From positions 1 through 16,459 of the forward strand of contig JBIJBE010000062.1 of assembly GCA_044345405.1 (NCBI GenBank): DNA of 16,459 nucleotides, written 5' to 3'. The translations under genes were made by a program, and so were the position numbers. Source of the DNA: Bdellovibrionota bacterium (GTDB lineage: Bacteria > Bdellovibrionota_C > UBA2361 > OMII01). Of this stretch, positions 6,760-15,179 are shown one piece after another; positions within the stretch are counted from its first letter, which is position 1, and each line of letters opens with the position of its first letter. The notes beneath the pieces are model-generated. The model had not been told where the DNA came from. It did not search any database and saw only the letters and a list, made by a program, of their open reading frames with translations.

Positions 6760-7772
6760 TGCTTGCCAGTCTTCTTTTTTAGGTCGGCCCAGAACGGATC
6801 GACGTTTGAGCTATCGATCCTGCGCGCCGGGATGTCGATGAATTTATCGTGGGGGATCGCCGCGGTGTCGCCGCTGAGAATATCCTTAAGGAGCTTCATC
6901 GATTGGAATCCGTACTCGTAGGGATTCTGCACGATCGTGCCGGAGACGTTGCCATCCTTAATTCCTCGCAAGGTCTCGTCGGCCTCATCGAACGAGAAGA
7001 TCTTTATCGTCCCTAGCTTTTGAGTCTGCTTGAGTGCTTCAATGCAGAGGGGTGCGTTGTAGGCAAAGAGACCAACCACACCGGTTAAGTCCGGGTATCG
7101 AAGGACCGCGTCCTCACAGTTCGCTTTCGCTTTGACTCGGTCGAATTGATCCGTGAGGGTGACGACGAAGGTGTACTTGCCATCGGTGAGCTCCGTACCC
7201 GGAGGATCGTACCGGGTTGAGTCGAACGATCGACCGAGGACCTCATCGATGGTTCCTTGACGTCGCTTGCGCGCGTTGTCCTGTTCCACTCGTCCAACGA
7301 AGAGCGCGAGTTTGCCTCCGTTTGGGAGCGTGTCTTTGATAAGCGATCCGAGCATTCGTCCCGCTTTGTAGTTGTCCATACCGACGTAGGCGAGCCTCTT
7401 GGTCGAGGGGGCGTCGGAATCTTGGGTGATCACCTTCGTTTTCTCTGATGTCTCGTTGATGAAGGATGCTTGGTTGTTCGCGTCGATGACGCTGATCGCG
7501 ATTCCATCCACCCCGCGGGTGATGAGGTCCTCAACGATCCGTTTCTGATCCACGAGGCCTTCAGCTGGCATGTGGACCGAAACCTTCACGCCGAGTTGTT
7601 GGCCCGCGGCCTCGGCTCCGTACTTAGCTATAGTCCAAAATGAGGCTACGCCGTTGGTTATGAATGCCAGTCGAGGAGTTGAGGATGTTTCTCGATCTTT
7701 GCACCCACTAAGGATAGCGGTGCAGCAGAGCGTAAGAGCGGCTACAGAGGCCAAGAGAGGGAGCTTTTTCAT
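6756..7772 (-). CDS. Sugar ABC transporter substrate-binding lipoprotein (RbsB-like, periplasmic binding protein type I); substrate unknown
   Basis: 338 aa. Signal peptide with lipobox LSGC. GVDGIAIS, DSDAP, YVGMDNYKAG and TIVQNPYEYG motifs. First gene of an SBP-ATPase-permease operon. Confidence 0.92.
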   Translation of the reverse strand: MKKLPLLASVAALTLCCTAILSGCKDRETSSTPRLAFITNGVASFWTIAKYGAEAAGQQLGVKVSVHMPAEGLVDQKRIVEDLITRGVDGIAISVIDANNQASFINETSEKTKVITQDSDAPSTKRLAYVGMDNYKAGRMLGSLIKDTLPNGGKLALFVGRVEQDNARKRRQGTIDEVLGRSFDSTRYDPPGTELTDGKYTFVVTLTDQFDRVKAKANCEDAVLRYPDLTGVVGLFAYNAPLCIEALKQTQKLGTIKIFSFDEADETLRGIKDGNVSGTIVQNPYEYGFQSMKLLKDILSGDTAAIPHDKFIDIPARRIDSSNVDPFWADLKKKTGKQ

Positions 7773-7833
7773 GCAGCGAATATGACCACACTTACGGCGA
7801 AAAGTCAGCTACGATGTTTGGTCGAAATGAGGT

Positions 7834-10545
7834 CTAGTTTCTTGAAAGGCGCCTACTGTTTCGGGCAGCGGCGCGCACCGCGGCTTGAAATCGTTGGACG
7901 TTGCGGCTGAACGCGTTACATACCGCCGCGGCTCGGGTGGATGTGGCGGGGTTGGAAACCGTTCCACTCGTAGTGGACTGTTGAGACGCTCCCCAATTCT
8001 CCATCGTAGCCACAAAAACCAGCTTCCTGAAGTATGATATCTCACTCGGCATGCTTGTTGTTATGGAAGCTGTTCCGCTATCCGGCATGGTGACGCGATA
8101 TGTTGGACACATATAGGAAGTTGTCCCGCTGTGGTTGACCATCGAGATGGTGATTCGAGCTGTCGTTCTCTTTGGACCCTGAAGGCTCATAGTTACATTC
8201 GTGTCGTTTTGAAGTCGTGTCGACGGTGTTACCGAGAAGCTTCGAGCTGTAGTTCTTCTAACTGGAGTCGCGGTAGGCATCGGAGTGCGTGTCGGGGTTC
8301 GAGTAGGGGTGAATGTCCTTGTCGCTGTTCTAGTAGGTGTCACCGTGGGGGTTCTGGTTGCGGTGCGAGTCGCTGTGGCGGTTCGGGTTGGTGTCGCCGT
8401 CGCCGTCGCGGTGGCTGTTGGCGTTGGTGGTACGATGATCGGTTCTCCCACCGGTGTGGCGGTAGCTGTTGGTGTCACTGTCGGAGTTGGCGTGTCTACC
8501 CGGAAATTACCTATACAATAGATACGTCGAACGACATCACACGATGCCGGAGAGGTGTCTCCGATCCACGCGGAGGTAGCGGTTCGAGTTTGGCCCACTT
8601 GCGCCGCGAGGGACGCGCTGTTGCTGCGCCAATTAGAGCAGTGCAAGGTGGCGAAGCCCGCGGCGCTCGTGCCGGCGTAGACAGAGCTCGCGCTGGCTTG
8701 AGCGCTATTCTCATGGTTCGTGACGCCGGATGAAAGGTCGATATTGAGAGCGTTCCACAGCGCGGCTCGGTTCGTCGCGATGACGGTGCCGTCCATGTTG
8801 TAGATCGGATCCGATAAAGGGGAGGCTCCTGTAAGATTGAGTGCGTTCCATGTGTCGTCAGACAAGAGTGGAAACCACGTCGTCCCCGCAAGCGCTGGAA
8901 CGGCGTCGGCGAGTTCTTGGCACCGTTGGCGAGCCCCCTCGAGACCGCCAAGATTACCATCATAGGTCGCTGACGAGACGAACACACGGAGTGGATCCGT
9001 TGCGCTCCACGGAATCGACCACGTAGGCGCGGCTATCGGTGTTGGAGTTTGAGGGCCAACCTGCGGTGTGGGGGTAACTGTGGGTTCTGGTGTCGGTGTC
9101 GCTGTCGCTGGTGGTCGCGGCGTTGCCGTGAACGTTGGTGTTGCTGTAGGAGCGCAGAGTTGCGCGGCGATACGGATCGCCTCAGCGCCGTTCACCATCG
9201 AGGCTGAGGCGATCTTGCCCGCGAGGGGGGCGAGCACGGTGCCCGTATTCACGACGGCGCTCCGGAGAAGGGACATGGAGAGGGTTCCTCCGCATCGCGC
9301 CTGCGCAAGCAGCGCCACACCCGAAACCTGCGGCGCGGCCATGGAGGTGCCACTCATATAGACATACCCGCTGTTGATCATGGTGCTGGCGATACCCCCA
9401 CCGGGAGCCGCGATATGTACGGTTTGCTCTCCGTAATTTGAGAAGTAGGAAAGCGCGGTGCTCGATTCGACGGAGCCCACCGAGATTACGTTCGGGCTCG
9501 TGTAGTTGGCGGGATACTGGGGGGAGATGTCGTTGTTAGAGCCATTATTCCCAGCGGCCGCCACGAACAAAATACCCGCGGTACTCGCGTCCGCGATCGC
9601 TGACGCTAACGCCGACGAGTAGGAGGGGCCACCCCAAGAGTTATTTGTCAAAGTTATATTTCGTCCTGCGCGCTTCAAAGCGGTAGCGTAGTTGATCGCT
9701 TTGATAGCGTTCGCCGTGCTTCCGCTTCCATTCGCGTCGAGGAACTTCGCGCCGATAATCTTTGATTCCCACGATACTCCGGCGACTCCGACGTTGTTAT
9801 TCCCTTTGGCGCCGATGATTCCGGCGACGTGTGTTCCGTGACCGTGGTCGTCCATCGGGTTGCCGCTATTGGTGATAGCGTTGATTCCATATACGTCATC
9901 GATGTATCCATTGCCGTCGTCATCAACACCATTACCGGCTACCTCGGCGGGATTTCTCCAGAGGTTGGCCGCCAGGTCAGGATGGTTAAAGTCGACTCCC
10001 GTATCGATGACCACCACGATCTGGTCGTTCGAGCCGACCGTGGTCTCCCACGCGGTCGGGAGTTGCATCAGTCGCGGTCCGTACTGTTGCGGATAGTAGG
10101 TGTCGTTTGGAGTGAGATCGGCGAACACGGCCCAGTTCGGTGAGCAGGTGAGGTGGCCTTTGGTCTTCGTTTTGATCCGCCGGAATTTAGCTTTTCGGCA
10201 GAGATCCTTACCTCGGACGTACAGGACAGGCTTCTCGCTTCGCGCCGCCATGAGGCGGAAGCCACCGCTTCCTCGCTCGGTGATGTGGAGAACGCCCGAG
10301 CCGATCTTCTCGATTTTGAAGTCTTGGTTCGCGCTGGTTCCGCTGAAAGCTGAATTAACGGTTGAGAAAGCGCTCGTGCGATCAGATGCGCGAATGATCG
10401 CCCCCGGGTACACGTATCGCTCCGCGGCGATAGCCGAGGTGACGCAGAGCATCGCCCACATTACGGCGATGAAAGCGACGAGCCTGTGGTGTACGGTTGC
10501 GCACGAACCCATACGGTGCAGGTCGGCACTCCCTGGTTCAAACAT
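7834..10545 (-). CDS. Secreted modular S8 (subtilisin-family) serine peptidase with Pro/Thr linkers and accessory domains
   Basis: Catalytic triad VIDTG, HGHGTHVAG, SGTSMA; oxyanion AAGN; Ca-binding DDDGNGYIDD; hydrophobic signal LVAFIAVMWAMLCVTSAIAA. True start may be downstream (e.g. ATG 10512). Confidence 0.92.
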   Translation of the reverse strand: MFEPGSADLHRMGSCATVHHRLVAFIAVMWAMLCVTSAIAAERYVYPGAIIRASDRTSAFSTVNSAFSGTSANQDFKIEKIGSGVLHITERGSGGFRLMAARSEKPVLYVRGKDLCRKAKFRRIKTKTKGHLTCSPNWAVFADLTPNDTYYPQQYGPRLMQLPTAWETTVGSNDQIVVVIDTGVDFNHPDLAANLWRNPAEVAGNGVDDDGNGYIDDVYGINAITNSGNPMDDHGHGTHVAGIIGAKGNNNVGVAGVSWESKIIGAKFLDANGSGSTANAIKAINYATALKRAGRNITLTNNSWGGPSYSSALASAIADASTAGILFVAAAGNNGSNNDISPQYPANYTSPNVISVGSVESSTALSYFSNYGEQTVHIAAPGGGIASTMINSGYVYMSGTSMAAPQVSGVALLAQARCGGTLSMSLLRSAVVNTGTVLAPLAGKIASASMVNGAEAIRIAAQLCAPTATPTFTATPRPPATATPTPEPTVTPTPQVGPQTPTPIAAPTWSIPWSATDPLRVFVSSATYDGNLGGLEGARQRCQELADAVPALAGTTWFPLLSDDTWNALNLTGASPLSDPIYNMDGTVIATNRAALWNALNIDLSSGVTNHENSAQASASSVYAGTSAAGFATLHCSNWRSNSASLAAQVGQTRTATSAWIGDTSPASCDVVRRIYCIGNFRVDTPTPTVTPTATATPVGEPIIVPPTPTATATATATPTRTATATRTATRTPTVTPTRTATRTFTPTRTPTRTPMPTATPVRRTTARSFSVTPSTRLQNDTNVTMSLQGPKRTTARITISMVNHSGTTSYMCPTYRVTMPDSGTASITTSMPSEISYFRKLVFVATMENWGASQQSTTSGTVSNPATSTRAAAVCNAFSRNVQRFQAAVRAAARNSRRLSRN
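8260..8495 (-). repeat. Low-complexity Thr/Pro/Ala/Arg linker coding region in the S8 gene (a second linker lies at ~9030-9150)
   Basis: Encodes TPTPTVTPTATATP...TPTRTATATRTATRTPT. Codons vary, so this is a protein-level rather than a recent DNA repeat. Confidence 0.85.
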
Positions 10546-10866
10546 GAGAGAAGAGGTCGGAAGTATTCAATTTTTTTGCACGCTGTGGTGGTCACATCTC
10601 CTACGCTCTTTCTGGATCGGAGATTGTGAAAGGCTTGCTAACATATTGAAAGTATTGAGGTGGTCGATTCGTGCGGGATCGGCCTAAGGGCTCCTCTACC
10701 GGAATCCATGGACGAGAATCTCTGAGGAAAGAGTTCCCGCGGTTGTGAGGGTCATTTTCGCTCCCCGAGAGTCAAGGTCGCTGTTCAGGTTCGGCTCTTA
10801 GTCGCCCTGTAGCCTTTTTACCCCCCGTTTGATACTTCTCCCCGAGTCTCTTTGGTTTAGGTTCGT

Positions 10867-11811
10867 ATGCGAAATCGGTTGGTCATCGGTACCAGAAAAA
10901 GTGCGCTCGCCTTGTGGCAGAGTGAGTTCGTCAAGGCGCGACTGCAAGCGGTCTTTCCAGGGTTGGTTGTTGAGCTTAAGCACGTCATTACGACAGGTGA
11001 TAAGAATCAGAACAGCTCCGCGCCGATTCCACTGATCGGAGGAAAGGGACTCTTCACCGCTGAACTGGAAGAGTGTTTGGTTACGAAAGAGATCGACCTC
11101 GCGGTACACTCCTTAAAAGATCTCCCAACCCAACTTGATCCCCAATTCGTCGTGGGGGCGATTCCCACGCGCAGTTACGTGGAGGATGTAGTCATCTCTC
11201 GCGCCGGATACTGTCTCGCCGAGTTACCTGAGGGCGCGTGTGTGGGCACCTCAAGCGTTCGACGATCGTCTCAAATTCTTCGCATGCGCCCCGATCTCAA
11301 GATTCGAATTATTCGGGGAAATGTCGATACGCGAATTAAGAAGCTTCGCGCCGCGGGAGGAGAATACGACGCGATCGTACTCGCGCGCGCGGGGCTCTCT
11401 CGACTCGGACTCGAGAGCGAGGTGACTCAGATTCTTAATGACGAGGAGATGCTTCCAGCGCCCGGTCAGGGAGCGCTCGGGATAGAGTGTCGTTCCGACG
11501 ACACCGAGCTCCTTGAGATGTTACAAAAGCTTCATGATTCAGATACAGCAGCTGAGGTATCCGCCGAGCGTATCTTCCTGCAACGTCTTGGAGCGGGATG
11601 TAACACGCCGGTCGCCGCTCGCGCCAAGGTTTCGCGAGAGGGACGCGATAAGACCATCTCGTTTGAAGGGCGTTGCCTCTCACCGGATGGAACCAAGGTG
11701 ATCGAAGTGAGCGGTACAGCTTCGATCGAAGACGCGCTGAAGCTCGGTGAGAAGATGGCCGACGACGTCAGTAAGCGGGGGTTCTCCGAGATAGCGGCGG
11801 CGTTCGCCTAG
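10867..11811 (+). CDS. hemC: Hydroxymethylbilane synthase (porphobilinogen deaminase)
   Basis: IGTRKSALALWQ, GKGLFT.ELE, AVHSLKD, GTSSVRR, RGNVDTR, LPAPGQG, and the cofactor Cys in GAGCNTP. Confidence 0.97.
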   Translation: MRNRLVIGTRKSALALWQSEFVKARLQAVFPGLVVELKHVITTGDKNQNSSAPIPLIGGKGLFTAELEECLVTKEIDLAVHSLKDLPTQLDPQFVVGAIPTRSYVEDVVISRAGYCLAELPEGACVGTSSVRRSSQILRMRPDLKIRIIRGNVDTRIKKLRAAGGEYDAIVLARAGLSRLGLESEVTQILNDEEMLPAPGQGALGIECRSDDTELLEMLQKLHDSDTAAEVSAERIFLQRLGAGCNTPVAARAKVSREGRDKTISFEGRCLSPDGTKVIEVSGTASIEDALKLGEKMADDVSKRGFSEIAAAFA

Positions 11812-11819
11812 GAAATGCT

Positions 11820-12581
11820 ATGGCGAAGACGGTAGTCCTCACTCGACCGAAGGGTCCGTACGCGGGGGATGAGGGCCTCTCACAACGCCTTGAGGCCGAA
11901 GGCTTCTCCGTTATTCAACTCTCCGCTCTTTCCGTTGAGGCGCGGGTCCTCCGAGACGAGGAAGCGCAGGCTCTTCGTTCCTCGCTTCAATCTCATGAAT
12001 GTTGGCTCGCGTTCCTCAGCCCCACCGCCGTGTTTGTGTTTCGAGACCAGTGCGCTCGACTGGAGCTCGATCTTCGGAGCTCTCGAGCGCGACTCGCCGC
12101 CCAAGGACCGGGAACGAGCGAAGCGGCGCGCGCTATCTTTCAACGTGAGGTGGATCTCGAATCTCCGATAGCGGTGGCTGAGGTGTTCGCTGAACAGCTC
12201 GCGCACCGTCTCGGTGGAACGGGACGAGTTCTTGTGCCGCAATCAGCGGATGGCCGGGATGTCTTCGCTCCGATCGTTCGAGAGAGTGGGGTGACGGTCA
12301 CGACACTATCGACATACGGGTTAGTCACCGTGTCGCCAAGTGACGCTGAGATCGCTGCGGTTCAAGCGCTTGCTCCAGATGAATCGTTCATAGTGTTTAT
12401 GAGCCCCTCAGCGGTGCGCGCGACGGTGGAGACCTTTCCCGATCCGGAGCATTTGAAGTGCCTTCGAGCTGTATCGATCGGACCCGTTACATCGAAAGCG
12501 ATTCGGGATGCTGGGCTGAAGGTGTTCGCCGAGGCGAAGGAGCATACGGAGAGTGGGGTTGTGGGGTGTTTGAGGGGATAG
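11820..12581 (+). CDS. hemD: Uroporphyrinogen-III synthase
   Basis: VVLTRP, FLSPTAV, GPGT, FMSPSAV, SIGPVTS motifs. 253 aa, 8 nt after hemC. Confidence 0.9.
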   Translation: MAKTVVLTRPKGPYAGDEGLSQRLEAEGFSVIQLSALSVEARVLRDEEAQALRSSLQSHECWLAFLSPTAVFVFRDQCARLELDLRSSRARLAAQGPGTSEAARAIFQREVDLESPIAVAEVFAEQLAHRLGGTGRVLVPQSADGRDVFAPIVRESGVTVTTLSTYGLVTVSPSDAEIAAVQALAPDESFIVFMSPSAVRATVETFPDPEHLKCLRAVSIGPVTSKAIRDAGLKVFAEAKEHTESGVVGCLRG

Positions 12582-12592
12582 GGTCGGACGGC

Positions 12593-12714
12593 GGGAGGGC
12601 GACCAGCTTGTCCCTCGTAGCGGAGCGAAGTGGGATCCTGGTCGCCGAAAACGGTATGAATCCCTCACGGATTTCGCCTTACGTAACGCGGCGGTCAGGA
12701 ATGACCGCCCTCCC
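12593..12714. repeat. Isolated inverted REP-like pair of the same family as 3841-4291, left copy interrupted by a 30-nt insert
   Basis: GGGAG-GGCGACCA-[30 nt]-TCC-TGGTCGCC (12593-12646), 43-nt spacer, then GGCGGTCA-GGAA-TGACCGCC-CTCCC (12690-12714). Confidence 0.85.
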
Positions 12715-12788
12715 AGGTTTAAGGTCGTAGATTGAGAGGAGCGCCAAATATCCTCCCTCCTTTCAGCCCCTTACGAAAACCCCACTAC

Positions 12789-12817
12789 TTGAAAAAATTC
12801 AAGGATTTAGCTACTTT
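12789..12817 (+). promoter_or_regulatory. Sigma70 promoter of serS (TTGAAA-N17-TACTTT)
   Basis: -35 at 12789-12794, 17-nt spacer, -10 at 12812-12817 (same hexamer as the tRNA-Ile promoter). SD GGAG at 12843-12846. Confidence 0.65.
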
Positions 12818-12853
12818 TAAGGGGCTTTAGAACCAGCCAATCGGAGTACTTCC

Positions 12854-14134
12854 ATGATAGATCTTCACGACCTACGCGAGCGCCCAGAAGCGTACCAAGA
12901 CGCGTGTGAGAAAAAGCGCGTTAAGTTTGATGTAAAGGCGTTCCTCGAACTCGATGCCGAGTACCGTCGTCTTCGCGCTGAGGTCGAGTCGATGCGCGCC
13001 GCTCAGAACGCGGTGAGCAAGGAGATCCCAAAACTCTCTGGTGATGAGAAGAACGCGAAGCTCGCTGAGATGAAGACCCTCGCCGAGAAGCTCAAAGAGG
13101 GTGGTAACGCGCTCAAGGAGCTTGAGGAGAAGTGGACCAAGCAGCAGCTCTTCATTCCAGGTATCCCACTCAAAGAGGTACCGGTTGGTAAAGACGATTC
13201 CGAAAACGTTCCGTGGCGGTCATGGGGAGAGGCTCCAACTCCTGGGTTCGAACTCAAAGATCACGTGCAGCTCGGAAAGGATCTCGATCTCTTTGATATC
13301 GAGCGTGGTGTGAAGATCGCGGGAACTCGCAGCTATTTCCTTAAAGGTGACGGAATGCGGCTCCAGCACGCGATGATGAGCCTCGCGATGGATGTGCTCT
13401 ACAAGGGTGGGTATACCCTGATGGATCCTCCGCACATCGTGAACTGGAACGCGATGATGGGAACGAGCTACTTCCCGGGTGGTGAGGATTCCGCGTACCA
13501 CCTTGATGAGCGCGATGATGGATTTTACCTGATCGGAACTTCTGAGGTGCCCGTTGCCTCGTACCATGCGGATGAGATCCTCTCCGCGGATGAGCTTCCG
13601 AAGCGTTATGCCGGATACTCACCGTGTTACCGTCGTGAGGCGGGCGCCTACGGAAAGGACACCAACGGACTCTACCGTGTGCATCAGTTCTACAAAGTTG
13701 AGCAGGTCGCGATCTGTAAGGCCGATCCAGAAGAGAGCATGAAGCTTCACATGGAGCTTCTTGGAAACGCGGAAAAGGTTATGCAACTTCTCGAACTGCC
13801 ATACCGCATCGTGTACGTGTGCACCGGTGATATGGGGCAGGGGCAGGTATTCAAGCACGACATCGAGGCGTGGATGCCATCGCGTAAGGCGTACGGGGAG
13901 ACCCACAGCTGCTCGTCGTTCTATGACTTCCAGGCTCGGCGATTGAACACTCGCTACAAGGATTCAAACGGCAAGAACGTGTTCTGCTACACGCTCAATA
14001 ATACTTTGATTGCGTCCCCACGTATCTTGATTCCGCTCCTTGAGAATCACCAGAACGCGGATGGATCGATCACGATTCCGAAGGCGCTCCGACCGTACAT
14101 GGGCGGACAGGAAGTCATAACGGCAAAGCGGTAA
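12854..14134 (+). CDS. serS: Serine--tRNA ligase
   Basis: 426 aa. N-terminal coiled-coil arm, GTSE, motif 2 CYRREAG...GLYRVHQFYKVEQ, motif 3 TLNNTLIASPR. Confidence 0.97.
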   Translation: MIDLHDLRERPEAYQDACEKKRVKFDVKAFLELDAEYRRLRAEVESMRAAQNAVSKEIPKLSGDEKNAKLAEMKTLAEKLKEGGNALKELEEKWTKQQLFIPGIPLKEVPVGKDDSENVPWRSWGEAPTPGFELKDHVQLGKDLDLFDIERGVKIAGTRSYFLKGDGMRLQHAMMSLAMDVLYKGGYTLMDPPHIVNWNAMMGTSYFPGGEDSAYHLDERDDGFYLIGTSEVPVASYHADEILSADELPKRYAGYSPCYRREAGAYGKDTNGLYRVHQFYKVEQVAICKADPEESMKLHMELLGNAEKVMQLLELPYRIVYVCTGDMGQGQVFKHDIEAWMPSRKAYGETHSCSSFYDFQARRLNTRYKDSNGKNVFCYTLNNTLIASPRILIPLLENHQNADGSITIPKALRPYMGGQEVITAKR

Positions 14135-14147
14135 GGGGAGGTAGGTA

Positions 14148-15179
14148 GTGTCACTCTTTATCGATACCCTTAGAGGAAAACGATCGGCTGAAACCCCGGT
14201 GTGGCTGATGCGACAAGCGGGACGGTACCTTCCCGAGTATCGAGCGCTTCGCGAGAAGAACTCGATGCTTCAGATGGTGCAGACCCCGGAGCTCGCGTGT
14301 GAGGTAACGCTCCAGCCGCTCCGCCGTTTCCCGCTCGACGCCGGAATCATCTTCGCTGATATCCTTACGCCCCTCATCGGCATGGGGGTGAACCTAGATT
14401 TTAAGAAAGGCGAGGGGCCGGTCATCGATAATCCGATCCGGAGCGTCGCTGATGTTAGTCGGCTCCGAGTACCGAAGCCGGAGGAAAACGTACAATACAC
14501 ACTCGACGCCATTAAGCTCGTGGTCAAGGAGCTTAATGGTAAGACCCCCCTCATCGGCTTCTCAGGAGCGCCATTTACGCTCTCGTCGTATTTGATCGAG
14601 GGACAGAGTCCTGGTGATTCCGATCTCCGTCACACGAAGGGCTTGATGGTCTCTAACCCTGAGGCGTGGCACGAGCTTCAAGAGAAGTTGGTCACCCTCT
14701 GCGTTGAGTACCTCGTCGCTCAGGTTGAGGCTGGGTGTGAGTCGCTTCAGATCTTTGATTCCTGGCTCGGCTACGTTGGTCCACGCGAGTATGATCGGTT
14801 CGTTGAGCCGTACCTCGTAAAGATCATCGAGCAGGTGAAAGCTCGCGTTAACGTGCCTGTCGTGTTCTTCGCGACGAGCGTTAGCTCGCTCTTCCCTCGG
14901 CTTGGTACGTTGCCCGCTGACGCCTTCGGCGTTGATTGGCGAATCTCCTTGCCAGACGCGGCGAAGCTCATTGGACGACCGGTTCCACTTCAGGGAAATC
15001 TCGATCCACAGCTTCTCTCGGCTTCATGGGAATACATTGAGCGATCCGCGCGGGCGATCCTTGATGAGGGATCGACCTTGCCAGCGCATATCTTTAACCT
15101 TGGTCACGGCGTATTGCAGTACACACCGGTTGAGAACGTGCAGCGCCTTATCGATCTTGTGAAAGGATACCGTCGATGA
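14148..15179 (+). CDS. hemE: Uroporphyrinogen decarboxylase
   Basis: PVWLMRQAGRYLPEY, FADIL, GFSGAPFT, QIFDSW, QGNLDP, FNLGHG. GTG start with strong SD GGGGAGGT. Confidence 0.97.
   Translation: MSLFIDTLRGKRSAETPVWLMRQAGRYLPEYRALREKNSMLQMVQTPELACEVTLQPLRRFPLDAGIIFADILTPLIGMGVNLDFKKGEGPVIDNPIRSVADVSRLRVPKPEENVQYTLDAIKLVVKELNGKTPLIGFSGAPFTLSSYLIEGQSPGDSDLRHTKGLMVSNPEAWHELQEKLVTLCVEYLVAQVEAGCESLQIFDSWLGYVGPREYDRFVEPYLVKIIEQVKARVNVPVVFFATSVSSLFPRLGTLPADAFGVDWRISLPDAAKLIGRPVPLQGNLDPQLLSASWEYIERSARAILDEGSTLPAHIFNLGHGVLQYTPVENVQRLIDLVKGYRR

Noticed and set aside
3577-10545. Genomic island integrated at tRNA-Ala carrying the ABC transporter and protease
   Set aside because: No integrase, no duplicated tRNA 3' end noticed, and no obvious compositional shift by eye.
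8131-10687. Plus-strand ORFs such as 8131..8733, 8285..8521, 9068..9361 and 10100..10687 (Val/Gly/Ala- or Cys/Arg-rich)
   Set aside because: Antisense shadows of the subtilase gene and its Thr/Pro linkers.
12734-12764. Intrinsic terminator after hemD (GAGGA...TCCTC followed by CCTCCTTTC)
   Set aside because: Stem is only about 5 bp with a 10-nt loop and no proper U-tract.
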